A stretch of DNA of 64,000 bases from an uncultured Candidatus Binatia bacterium. Its GTDB lineage: Bacteria > Desulfobacterota > Binatia > Bin18. Position numbers and translations under genes: made by a program. The stretch is taken from assembly GCA_965214605.1 (NCBI GenBank), contig OZ243961.1, positions 2,752,001 through 2,816,000 on the forward strand. The letters run 5' to 3'. Shown here in pieces: positions 10,601 to 18,125 of the stretch. Within the stretch, counting starts at the first letter, position 1. Every line of letters begins with the position of its first letter. The notes below the pieces were generated by a model. The model saw only the letters and a program-made list of their open reading frames with translations, had not been told where the DNA came from and searched no databases.

Positions 10601-10899
10601 GATTGGGGCAATTTACGTTCTCTGAGTCAATACCTAACCGACTGCCTCATGCACGAGAACTCCGATTGACCTGGATTGACGACGTTGCCTGTATCATACG
10701 ATTCGACCAGGGCATGGGTTATTGGCATGGTAAACCTCGTGCTCCTGAATCACAGGGAAGCTTCCCGTTTGAGCGACCTGTGGCGAAGCAGATTGAGTGG
10801 TTTAAATTACGTGAGATTGATATTCAAGCAGGGCATCCGTCCCATCCCACCTATTGGTATGTCAGCCCAGTTCAAAAAGCTGTCTCAATGCGTCCATGA
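4657..10899 (+). CDS. druE: Large DEAH-box helicase with Zn motifs and DUF1998; putative Druantia DruE
   Basis: TGSGKT, LYPLNAL, DEAH, SAT, TTMEMGVDIG, QRAGRAGR; several CxxC; DUF1998 YLFDTASGGAGY...CxxxCxxCL; GTG 4657 overlaps upstream TGA. Confidence 0.8.
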   Translation: MRIFTSLAEQLNRGATRAALGLLSFRSDVLREHLRCLFQSPPGTGDAFLADPVFEATFGWRPGKTNLGELSGKLLHPDIVKALREPYKNFTKEYTFSERPYLHQLEAWQALIKAEPPRSVLVASDTGSGKTECFLVPVLHDLASELDRRKSRLTGVRALFLYPLNALIKSQRDRLTAWAEPFGGDIRYCLYNGDTPNEGKPQWRSEVCDRKTLRANPPPILVTNATMLEYMLVRAEDKPILEQSQGKLRWIVIDEAHNYVGSQAAELALLLRRVLHAFDCRAEEVHFVATSATIAGSGNNAEDSLRDFLADIAGVPPNRVSVVWGKRHVPSLPAVSHGRNRRSPVDVSALGDLSPQELFKTLARDSRVRHWRSALLKKAHSLSQLAEMGGGNDDKTVCHTNTTLRLLDWCTQAVDQKGEPLLPLRCHFFQRALKGLWACANTDCPGRRQTPLDDRDWPFGKVFLERRQLCDACENPVYELVQCGACGAEYLSGEEKVVEEGDERLEPRLAQDEDEFQQELESLVDEDDAESEEPAKEEPRDGLLRLLVRSDIAESNPVGLRSNGFLDWEQHEGIRVHLLVPDPADRCLRCPCCNTRDRYGNLFRPVRLGAPFLLQTAIPILLRHLPPYVSNTTDLPFGGRRLISFTDSRQGTARFAVKMRLETERDFVRAVLYHSVADRARSTDSQDLDKLRRDIAGLEQAIDSSDGLIKDVLTKTRDEKRNELQSLSAPALGRLSWHDAQDKLLNNPRFERWLLPPLREQTLDLVDRRLAELCLWREFFRRPKRQFSLETFGLLQLGYPAVDKINRVPPVAAHHGVKLEEWRSLVRVTLDFYIRGGQSVTIPRDMLRWTGYPGSPTLVIAPRQEKVTKDQRSWPSVRTAATRRSRLVRLLAYALRLNPEQSQDQGQIQEFLDVLWKDVKPLLNRTESGYNLELGQQAEIMQVREAWLCPVTRRLLPVTFRGVTPYLPEKPDDDLARCQKVDMPVVPHPFWLEADQEAAEQWLETDPAVCRLRDLGVWSNMNDRVARFSPYFRSVEHSAQIQGVTLSQRENDFKAGKLNLLICSTTMEMGVDIGGLTAVAMNNVPPHPANFLQRAGRAGRRRERAAVSFTLCKSTPHGEEVFRNPLWPFTTALSSPRVSLQSAPIVQRHINALSLAAFLAQVGSDSLLRLTTSWFFESTTDDSSAPAKRFRDWCQTAARNDTLQNGIRQLVRHTCLDGRSAEDLLDNTAGMLGQVADAWHAEINALLESREIVKTRTENSKPERAVNLQLERIRREYLLSELTTRNFLPGHGFPTNLVSLVTTTMEELKRRRQQREDNRAVRNGYPARQLSLAIRDYAPGTDTVLDGRVYRSDGVTLNWHVPVDQEGPREIQSLRWVWRCRSCGASGTRPTMPQSCFHCGDKPCLTRFEYLQPAGFAVDVRSQPHNDITIPQYIPVRDPLIFLEGTAWLSLPSSRLGRYRVSTHGSLFHRTDGLHGKGFAVCLRCGRADSMVTNERLPGVFADERGNPIPHKRLRGGKKNDKEKACPGSNEPWAIKQNLRLGLVTHTEVLEIQLRDPTNDCPVDDITAYSLSVALRRALTQWLGIEEQEVGCTVALRRGREEERVYSSYLFDTASGGAGYVSQAINWFPELFRRAQDILTCPQRQCDLVCHACLLTYDTQHQLDKLDRHKPLALLSDTFLNALTLPSALQVFGPKTRLEMEPLGQALSRELQRHAVKEIRIFLGGEAKDWTPLDWRLHDELLRLRDIPLSVRLIVPRTTLNRLESSQRNDLAALASAIRAKVYLPETTPYTDKPTLVMEIDGEKRSTCWAASTVDALAPSAYWGSGEDGAQFVRIEYDRPLSRSISNRWHQEDVNELRSTPGALHEISIGKELDGSSHQFGPRAWQLVFDKVPELQERFDGSQPLAELHYSDRYLRSPLAVLLLRGIVSTLGRYPGGIVVNTRLSVATSQLRRNDIADPLLFWHDWRDASDRRTVFENVFEGLGQFTFSESIPNRLPHARELRLTWIDDVACIIRFDQGMGYWHGKPRAPESQGSFPFERPVAKQIEWFKLREIDIQAGHPSHPTYWYVSPVQKAVSMRP

Positions 10900-10922
10900 G
10901 GAGCTATACTGAAAGGGAATCT

Positions 10923-11450
10923 ATGCCTGAGTTTGCCTTTTCTGCCTATGTCAAGGTTGATGAGAACCGCTATCGGGAACGCTATGGTCTTGATTTTGAG
11001 GACTTCGAACCGGGTCAGGTGTTTCAACATCGGCCGGGCATCACCATCTCCCAGCAGGATAATGTGGAGGAGACGGTCGATACCCTCAATCAGGCCATGC
11101 TGCACTTTGACGCCGACTATGCGTCCCGGACCGAGTGGCAGAAGCCGCTGGGGGTCAGCACGCTAACGCTGCAACGGCTGATGGGGCTGACATGGAAGAC
11201 GTTTAATAAAAAAATGCGGATCTGGCGCTGGTCAGAAATCAAGATGACCGCTCCGGTGTTCGGCGGTGATACGCTGTACGCCGAGAGTGAAATCAAAGAA
11301 AAAGCCGACGCCGCAGACAACGCGGACTGTGGTCAGTTGACCGTTGTGACGCGGGGTATCAATCAGGACGGCAAGCTCGTGTGCACGATGGAGTACGCCG
11401 TGCTGATGTATAAACGTGACAGCATTCCGTTTGACAAGGTCGGCTACTAA
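10923..11450 (+). CDS. MaoC-family (hotdog) dehydratase
   Basis: GLDFEDFEPGQVFQHRPG, LHFDADYA, PVFGGDTLYAESEI. Confidence 0.85.
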   Translation: MPEFAFSAYVKVDENRYRERYGLDFEDFEPGQVFQHRPGITISQQDNVEETVDTLNQAMLHFDADYASRTEWQKPLGVSTLTLQRLMGLTWKTFNKKMRIWRWSEIKMTAPVFGGDTLYAESEIKEKADAADNADCGQLTVVTRGINQDGKLVCTMEYAVLMYKRDSIPFDKVGY

Positions 11451-11475
11451 TCGTGCGATACCCAGGATAGGCACT

Positions 11476-11997
11476 ATGACGACGTTTTACTCGCACCGAA
11501 AAGTGGCCGAGAACACCTATATCGAAGTGGCCGGGATCGAGTTTGAGGACTTTGCCGAGGGACAGATTTTTGAGCATCGTCCGGGCCGAACCTTTACCGC
11601 TGAAGAAAGCCGGCTACACGCAATCCGCTCGCTAGATCTGTCCATGCGTCATGTTGATGCGGTCTATAACGAGAAGATCTATGGCGGGCAAGAGATTGTT
11701 AGCGAGCCTTTCCTCATCAGTGTGGTGACCGCGCTGACGACCAAGACGTTTGGCAAAGTAGTGGCCAATCTGGGCTGGACCAACATTCAGTGCCCGGTTT
11801 CGGTTCGCGCCGGGGATACGATTTATGCCGAATCCGAGATCCTCGGGAAACGGGAATCTCGCTCCCGTCCCCAGCAGGGTGTTATGCACGTCAAAACGCG
11901 GGCTCTGAACCAAGACGGGGAAGAAGTGTGCTCGTTTGAGCGGCGGTTTTTGCTCTACAAGCGCGGTCAGGGGCCGTATGAGACGGCGGGCTATTAA
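11476..11997 (+). CDS. MaoC-family (hotdog) dehydratase paralogue
   Basis: FEDFAEGQIFEHRPGRT, VANLGW, GDTIYAESEILGKRESRSRP. Confidence 0.85.
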   Translation: MTTFYSHRKVAENTYIEVAGIEFEDFAEGQIFEHRPGRTFTAEESRLHAIRSLDLSMRHVDAVYNEKIYGGQEIVSEPFLISVVTALTTKTFGKVVANLGWTNIQCPVSVRAGDTIYAESEILGKRESRSRPQQGVMHVKTRALNQDGEEVCSFERRFLLYKRGQGPYETAGY

Positions 11998-12941
11998 GCC
12001 GCGAACACGCCGTGGCTGACCTTGTTAAAATAGGTCATATCAGGATTTGTCATCGACTCCCCGACCTTGGAGTCAAGCCGCCGCTTCACGACCTGCGTGG
12101 CCCAGCGGCCGATTTCGACAATTTTGTCGAGATGCACGCCGGTCTCAATACCGAGACCGTTTAGCATATAGATCAACTCTTCAGATGACAGATTGCCGCT
12201 GGCACCGGGTGCGTTCGGACAACCGCCCAAGCCGCCACAGGCACTCTCTAGCACGCTGACTCCCATCTCCATGGCCGCATAACAGTTGGCCAGAGCCATG
12301 CCGCAGGTGTTGTGAAAATGGGCGGTCAGGACGGAGACCGGGACTCCTTCGTCAATACACGCCTGGATAATGGCTTGAATCGACTTTGGCGTCCCCACCC
12401 CGATGCTGTCCCCGAGCCCAATCTCACAGCAGCCCATGTGATAGAAGCGGGCAACGAGTTTCCCCACTGTGGCGGCGTCGACTTCCCCCTCATACGGACA
12501 CCCGGCCACGCACGAGACCGCTCCCCTCAGACCAATCCCGTGTTTCTTTGCCGCAGCGGCAACCGGCTCAAAGCGGGCAAAACTCTCTTCGATCGTGCAG
12601 TTAATATTGGCTTTGCTAAACCCTTCGGTCGCACTTCCAAAAATTGTGATATACCTGACCTTTGCCTTCAGGGCATCCTGAAAGCCGCGCATATTGGGAA
12701 CGAGGACGCTATATTCAACCCCAGGTTTTTGTGTGATCTGAGCCGCAACCTGATCGGTCAGCTGCATGGCCGGAATCACCCGGGGGCTGACAAACTCGCC
12801 GATTTCAATCGAAGGAAGTCCAGCATCGGTCAGACGATCAATCAACTCAACCCGGAAATCAACAGGGATAAGATATGGAAAGCCCTCAAGCCCATCACGG
12901 GCGGTGAGATCAACAATTTTGACTGCGCTCGGCAATGCCAT
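11994..12941 (-). CDS. hmgL: Hydroxymethylglutaryl-CoA lyase family
   Basis: RDGL, FVSP, HFHNT, GLGGCPxAPGASGN. Confidence 0.8.
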   Translation of the reverse strand: MALPSAVKIVDLTARDGLEGFPYLIPVDFRVELIDRLTDAGLPSIEIGEFVSPRVIPAMQLTDQVAAQITQKPGVEYSVLVPNMRGFQDALKAKVRYITIFGSATEGFSKANINCTIEESFARFEPVAAAAKKHGIGLRGAVSCVAGCPYEGEVDAATVGKLVARFYHMGCCEIGLGDSIGVGTPKSIQAIIQACIDEGVPVSVLTAHFHNTCGMALANCYAAMEMGVSVLESACGGLGGCPNAPGASGNLSSEELIYMLNGLGIETGVHLDKIVEIGRWATQVVKRRLDSKVGESMTNPDMTYFNKVSHGVFAA

Positions 12942-13038
12942 AGGAGTGTCGCTCCCTCTCCGGAAAATGCAAACGGCCCAGCGGAGTCTATCAAGCTTGT
13001 CAGGGACGTGCAAGCGGCCGCGTCAGGAGGCAAGACCA

Positions 13039-13608
13039 ATGAAAGCAGCACTCCCGTCTATCAATACCGCTCGGCTGCGGCTGCGTCCGTGTCGGCAGGA
13101 CGATATCGACGTATTGCACCACATATGGATCGATCCCGGGGTCCGCAAATATGTGTGGGACGATCAGCTCATTGGTCGCCAACAGGCGGCTGAGGTGGTC
13201 GAGGTGAGCCTGGTGCAGTTTCAGCAGCAAGGACATGGCTTGTGGGTGATGAGGTGCGGTCGAGACGAGACGTGTATTGGCTTTTGCGGCTTTTGGCTGT
13301 TCCATCAACCCGCCCAACTGGAGTTGCTGTACGGCCTTGTTCCGCACTACTGGAACAGAGGGCTGGCCACCGAAGCGGCCCGGGCCCTGCTGCGGTTTGG
13401 CTTTGAAGAGCATGGCTTTACGGCAATCACTGCCAGTACGGATGTCCCCAATACGGCCTCAGTCCGAGTGATGGAAAAGATCGGAATGCGCTTCTCCAAA
13501 CGCGAATTGAGCAACGGTCTGGAGACGCTTTATTACACCATCTCGCGCCAAACCTTCTGTTGGAGCGGAGAGCCGTATCAGCTTGAGTGGAGACGCGAAA
13601 AAATCTGA
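13039..13608 (+). CDS. GNAT N-acetyltransferase (RimJ/RimL type)
   Basis: TARLRLRP, YWNRGLATEAA, NTASVRVMEKIGM; AGGAGG RBS. Confidence 0.9.
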   Translation: MKAALPSINTARLRLRPCRQDDIDVLHHIWIDPGVRKYVWDDQLIGRQQAAEVVEVSLVQFQQQGHGLWVMRCGRDETCIGFCGFWLFHQPAQLELLYGLVPHYWNRGLATEAARALLRFGFEEHGFTAITASTDVPNTASVRVMEKIGMRFSKRELSNGLETLYYTISRQTFCWSGEPYQLEWRREKI

Positions 13609-14730
13609 ACGTGCTGGCCTAGGTCAAAGTGGAACAGATCGGTCAGAATCGCCTCCACGACCTTGAGTTCGGCCTGAAAGTCAAGTCCTGCACTTTGGAG
13701 CGTGGACAGCCGCCCGGCCCCGTACCAGGCTCCAAGCAGGGTACCGAGAAACGAGGCCAGCGTGTCGGTCTGGCCACAGCTATGGGCGATGGTGCGCAGA
13801 GCGACGGCCGGATCGTCGGGCGCGTAGGCAATCGTCGCCGTGATGTGGGCTAGGGCACGGTACGGATCGTGCGTTCCTCCCAGAAAGGCGTGGGTGAGAA
13901 AGGGTGGGGTCGGTGGATCGAAGACCTGCTGTTTAAAGGCGGCATTGAGGGTTCCCTCTGTCTCGCCGCGCAGCCCGGTGCCGAGCCGTGCCATCGCTTC
14001 CAGCAGCCTGCGTAGGGCTGTGGCGTGCCTCCTGCTGAGATGCGGCCAGCTCATCCAACACGGCGTGGCCGTGGCCGAAGAACCAGTCGCCAAAAGAGTC
14101 CGTCTGCGCGGGTTCATTGACCGCCAGCGATACCAGTGTGGCCAGAAAGGCGGTGACATCTTTGGCATAGCCCTGGTCCAGACATGCCTGCTGTCGGTAT
14201 AGAGCAAAGGTTTCAAGTGGAGTCGTGCCGTGTCGGACGGCGGCCATTTCCAGATACAGGAAGAGGCCAAAAACCCCCGGAATTCCTGGACTGAACAAAC
14301 CTTCACTACGATTTTCTTCTTGCGCTTGGAACATATCTAGCCAGGACTTGAGATGATCTCGACAGGCGAACGAATACCACTCGGGATACAGAGGCTCATG
14401 CCGGAGCGCAGCCATGAAGTCTCGCAAAGACGCTTCGCTAAACGGCCGTTTGTCCACTGCGTGAGCAATCGCCGCTAGCCAGGGGTGGAGGATACACAGG
14501 CGATAGCAGGTTTCGTGGGTCGGCATACCGATCGTCTTGGTATGCACAATCGCCGGCAGCCAGGTTCCCCAGGCTTCGCCCCACTCGGGCATGTCACGGG
14601 CAGTCAAAGTTTTGGGTAGCGGGTCTGGAGTCGGCGTTTCCTGGCCTTTCTGGGCGGCGCCAAACGCATCGCCATAGGCTCCAAGCAGGAGCATGCCTCT
14701 GATTTTGTCATCAAATGTGCCTGGGTTCAT
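13578..14730 (-). pseudogene. ADP-ribosylglycohydrolase-like gene split by a frameshift near 14025
   Basis: N-terminal KIRGMLLLGAYGDAFGA in one frame; C-terminal GQTDTLASFLGTLLGAWYG in the adjacent frame. Confidence 0.65.
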
Positions 14731-14791
14731 GTCTCTTCTCTTGCAGACGGCTTGGGTGCTCTTTAGCACGTGGGCTGGGTCGCCAAAACTC

Positions 14792-14824
14792 AAACGCCCC
14801 GAAGTCGTGGCCGCTTCGGGGCGT
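14792..14824 (-). terminator. Intrinsic terminator after tRNA
   Basis: ACGCCCCGAAG/CTTCGGGGCGT stem followed by a T-rich run on the minus strand. Confidence 0.7.
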
Positions 14825-14829
14825 CAAAC

Positions 14830-14906
<77 letters not shown>

Positions 14907-14974
14907 TCAAGAAAAGAAAACAACACAAGAACCGTGCTGCTCGCCCTTATGCATATCGACTGTGCCGGGCGAAG

Positions 14975-15859
14975 TCAAGACCGGGAGCCGGAGAGAAGAC
15001 CGACGGCTCGTTTGAGGGACTGGACCTCGACCGGGGCGAGCGGACGATAGGCGCCTGGGACGAGGTCGCTAAGCAGGAGCGGACCAAACCGGACCCGAAT
15101 CAGTTTTTCGACCGGATAGCCGATGGCGTCGCACATCTGTCGAACTTCGTGGCGGCGTCCTTGGTGTAAGGTGAGCTCAATCCAGGTTTTCCGCTCGCTG
15201 CGCCGGATGGTATGGATCTCGACCGGTCCACTCAGTCTGCCGTCGGCCAGAGGCACGCCGTTCTTTAACCTGGTGAGTATGCGTGGTGAACACTTGCCCG
15301 TCAGCTTGACGTGGTAGGTCCGGGGAATCTGGTAGCGCGGATGAAGCAGGCGAGCGGTCAGTTCTCCGTCATTGGTCAACAATAACAGCCCGGCTGAGTG
15401 ATAGTCGAGCCGACCGACCGGAAAGACGCGCTCACGTACCTTGCCTAGCAGCTCACGAACTGTTGTGCGTCTCTCTGGATCGGCCAGCGTACTGACCACG
15501 CCGGTCGGTTTGTTGAGGAGAAAGTACAGCCAGGACAAGTCGAACGACACGGCCTGGCCGTCGACGACGATGGTGTCATGTTTTGGATCCGCCGTCGTTC
15601 CCAGCCGGGTGATCGTCTGGCCGTTGACCTGGACCTTGCCGGCTTGGATCAGCGTCTCCGCTTTTCGCCGTGAACTCACCCCGGCTTGACTCAACAGCTT
15701 GTGCAGGCGCTGCGCTCGCGCGGGGCGCGTCGGCTGGAGTGGCTGGTCCGCTTGGGAGACCGGGGCATTGTGGGCGGTCCGGTGTGGCTTCCTGGCCGTT
15801 TGCTCTGCGGTGTGGCGCGTCTTCGACTGCCCCCTTGGGGCTCGGGATATCTTGGGCAT
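14975..15859 (-). CDS. rluB: 23S rRNA pseudouridine synthase (RluB/RsuA family)
   Basis: S4 domain RLHKLLSQAGVSSRRKAE; NKPTG; PVGRLD; follows scpB. Confidence 0.85.
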   Translation of the reverse strand: MPKISRAPRGQSKTRHTAEQTARKPHRTAHNAPVSQADQPLQPTRPARAQRLHKLLSQAGVSSRRKAETLIQAGKVQVNGQTITRLGTTADPKHDTIVVDGQAVSFDLSWLYFLLNKPTGVVSTLADPERRTTVRELLGKVRERVFPVGRLDYHSAGLLLLTNDGELTARLLHPRYQIPRTYHVKLTGKCSPRILTRLKNGVPLADGRLSGPVEIHTIRRSERKTWIELTLHQGRRHEVRQMCDAIGYPVEKLIRVRFGPLLLSDLVPGAYRPLAPVEVQSLKRAVGLLSGSRS

Positions 15860-16460
15860 GTGGCTCTCCGCCGTTGGCGATGGTACTCGCGACGTCTCCC
15901 CCGCGCACGCTGTCGAAGGCCTGGTCGGCTAAGGAGTTGAGGCTTGGTTCGTGGATGTCGGGTAGCGGCGGTAAATCGTTGAGGTCGCTCAGACCAAAAA
16001 GTTCCAAAAACTGGGAAGTTGTCCCGTACACCCAGGGCCGACCGGGCACATCTTTGCGGCCCATTTCACGAATCAGCTTTTTGGTGAGCAGTGAGTGCAG
16101 GACGCCGTCGATCGTCACTCCACGCACCGCCTCGATATCCAGCTTGGTGATGGGCTGACGGTAGGCAATAATGGCCAGGGTCTCCAAGGCCGCCCGACTC
16201 AGTCTCCCGGGTTTTTCTTGCAGCAGAACCTTGACGTATTCCGCGTTATCCGGCGTGGTGCGAAACTGGTAGCCACCGGCCACCTCGGCAAAGAGAATAC
16301 CGCGGCCTGCATCTTGGTATTCGCGGCGCAGGAGCGCTATGGCTGGTTTGACTTCTGCTGGTGTCACACCAATGACTTCTGACAGTCGGCGGAGAGAGAT
16401 CGGGTTGCCAGCGGCAAAGATCAGGCTTTCGGCGATCGGTTTGAGCTCGGTGGGGTCCAT
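15576..16460 (-). CDS. scpB: SMC-Scp complex subunit ScpB (long C-terminal tail)
   Basis: LSRAALETLAIIAYRQPIT, PGRPWVYGTT, FLELFGL. Confidence 0.9.
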   Translation of the reverse strand: MDPTELKPIAESLIFAAGNPISLRRLSEVIGVTPAEVKPAIALLRREYQDAGRGILFAEVAGGYQFRTTPDNAEYVKVLLQEKPGRLSRAALETLAIIAYRQPITKLDIEAVRGVTIDGVLHSLLTKKLIREMGRKDVPGRPWVYGTTSQFLELFGLSDLNDLPPLPDIHEPSLNSLADQAFDSVRGGDVASTIANGGEPHAQDIPSPKGAVEDAPHRRANGQEATPDRPQCPGLPSGPATPADAPRASAAPAQAVESSRGEFTAKSGDADPSRQGPGQRPDDHPAGNDGGSKT

Positions 16461-16474
16461 AGCGGCATTGCGGC

Positions 16475-17218
16475 TTAGAGTTGCTCTAGGCCGTGCGGGA
16501 GCGGGGTGTCCGGACTGACGGCTAAGCTTAGGAGAATAGGACCAAAGGGATCCCTTTGGTGCACATCGATCATGCGACTCCTGACCAACTCTAAGCTGGC
16601 CAAGAAGGTCACTGCAATCTGTAACCGGGTCGTGTCGGCCGAGAATAATTCGGTGAAGGTGATGCGGCTGCGTTCCCGGAGGAGATCAAGGACTAATCCC
16701 ACCCGCTCGCGCAAGGAGATCTGCTCAAGGGCGATCTCGTATACCAGCTTGGGCTCGGCCTTTTTCAGCAGGTCCTGGAAGGCGTCGAGCAAGTCCCATA
16801 GACCGACATCGTGCACGTGCTCAGTCCGTTCTTCATTGGGCAGCGGCGGGCGGCTAAAGACATCCCGTCCTAGCAGCGGCTTACGGCTGAGCGTTTCTGC
16901 GGCTTCCTTAAAGCGCTGATATTCCAGCAGTTGCCGGGCCAGCTCGGCCCGCGGGTCGGGGCCGAGCTCCTCCACTCCATCCGCCTCCTGTGCGGGCAGC
17001 AACAGGCGCGACTTGAGGTGGAGCAGAGTAGCGGCCATGACGAGATATTCTCCGGCCAGGTCAAGATCGAGCTGTTGCAGGAGGTCCAGATAGTCGAGGT
17101 ATTGATCGGTGATGCTGGCAATCGGAATGTCCGAGAGGGAGACCTCGTTCTTTTTGACCAAGTGCAGGAGGAGGTCGAGGGGTCCCTCAAAGACATCGAG
17201 CCTGACACGGTATGCCAT
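16475..17218 (-). CDS. scpA: Segregation/condensation protein ScpA (kleisin)
   Basis: FEGPLDLLLHL, YLVMAATL, KSRLLLP, VTFLASLEL. Confidence 0.95.
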   Translation of the reverse strand: MAYRVRLDVFEGPLDLLLHLVKKNEVSLSDIPIASITDQYLDYLDLLQQLDLDLAGEYLVMAATLLHLKSRLLLPAQEADGVEELGPDPRAELARQLLEYQRFKEAAETLSRKPLLGRDVFSRPPLPNEERTEHVHDVGLWDLLDAFQDLLKKAEPKLVYEIALEQISLRERVGLVLDLLRERSRITFTELFSADTTRLQIAVTFLASLELVRSRMIDVHQRDPFGPILLSLAVSPDTPLPHGLEQL

Positions 17219-17235
17219 CGTTTGTTGTTGCGATG

Positions 17236-17886
17236 CTACAGCAGAGCGTTTAAGAGAAAGATGGTGACCGGACGAATGATATCTCCTAGGACTCCGGTCA
17301 CGAGCAGGCCGATAATGATGAACATCCCGTAGGGCTCAAGCCGCGCTAGGGGGAAAGCCAAGCCCTGGGGCAACAGGCCAACGGCCACCCGTCCGCCGTC
17401 TAGGGGAGGTACGGGGAAGAGGTTGAAGACCGCCAAGGCAACATTGATAATAATACTGGCTGTGAGCATGGCCGCCACCAGACCCATGGCCGCCGGTTGA
17501 GACAGGGGGAGATCGGACGGCGGCTGACCTGCATGGAAGTGTTGAAGAAGAAAGGCTGAAATCAGAGCTAAGAACAGATTCATAGCCGGGCCGGCCGCCG
17601 CAACATAGACCATATCCCGACGTGGATTGTGGAGATTGGCAAAGTTGACCGGGACGGGTTTAGCGTAGCCGAACAGGAAGGGCGAGCCTGTCACAATCAG
17701 TAGCAGCGGGAGTAAGACGGTGCCGAACAGATCGACATGGACAAGTGGGTTGAGGCTGAGCCGTCCGAGCCGGGCTGCGGTTGAATCCCCTAGTCGGTAG
17801 GCCGTATAGCCGTGGGCCAACTCGTGCAGGACGACCGCCACCAGCACTGGAACTGACCAAAAGGCGATTTTTATCGCAAGCTCCAT
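17236..17886 (-). CDS. Site-2 protease (M50) family
   Basis: HELAH, YAKPVPVN, NLFPVPPLDG. Confidence 0.9.
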   Translation of the reverse strand: MELAIKIAFWSVPVLVAVVLHELAHGYTAYRLGDSTAARLGRLSLNPLVHVDLFGTVLLPLLLIVTGSPFLFGYAKPVPVNFANLHNPRRDMVYVAAAGPAMNLFLALISAFLLQHFHAGQPPSDLPLSQPAAMGLVAAMLTASIIINVALAVFNLFPVPPLDGGRVAVGLLPQGLAFPLARLEPYGMFIIIGLLVTGVLGDIIRPVTIFLLNALL

Positions 17887-18125
17887 GCCCCACAGTGTAT
17901 AGCTTGACGGTTGGAGAGACAAGAGACTGGAGGCGGCAGAAAGGGGGCCCCTGATGACCACTTGTCAACAAGAGCGCATCATTCACCTGTCACCAGAGGG
18001 AAGCGTCCAGCCTGCCTGGCTCAGGGGAGTGTGTAGACGGGAGCCAGAGAGCCCAAGCCGTGTCACCTCCGAATGAGACCGCCGCTGAAAGATATCGGTG
18101 CTCTCCTCCTAATGAGGAGAATCAG

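Noticed and set aside
1-14790. Integrated element with att site at tRNA-Met
   Set aside because: No duplicate of the tRNA 3' end or integrase found within the window
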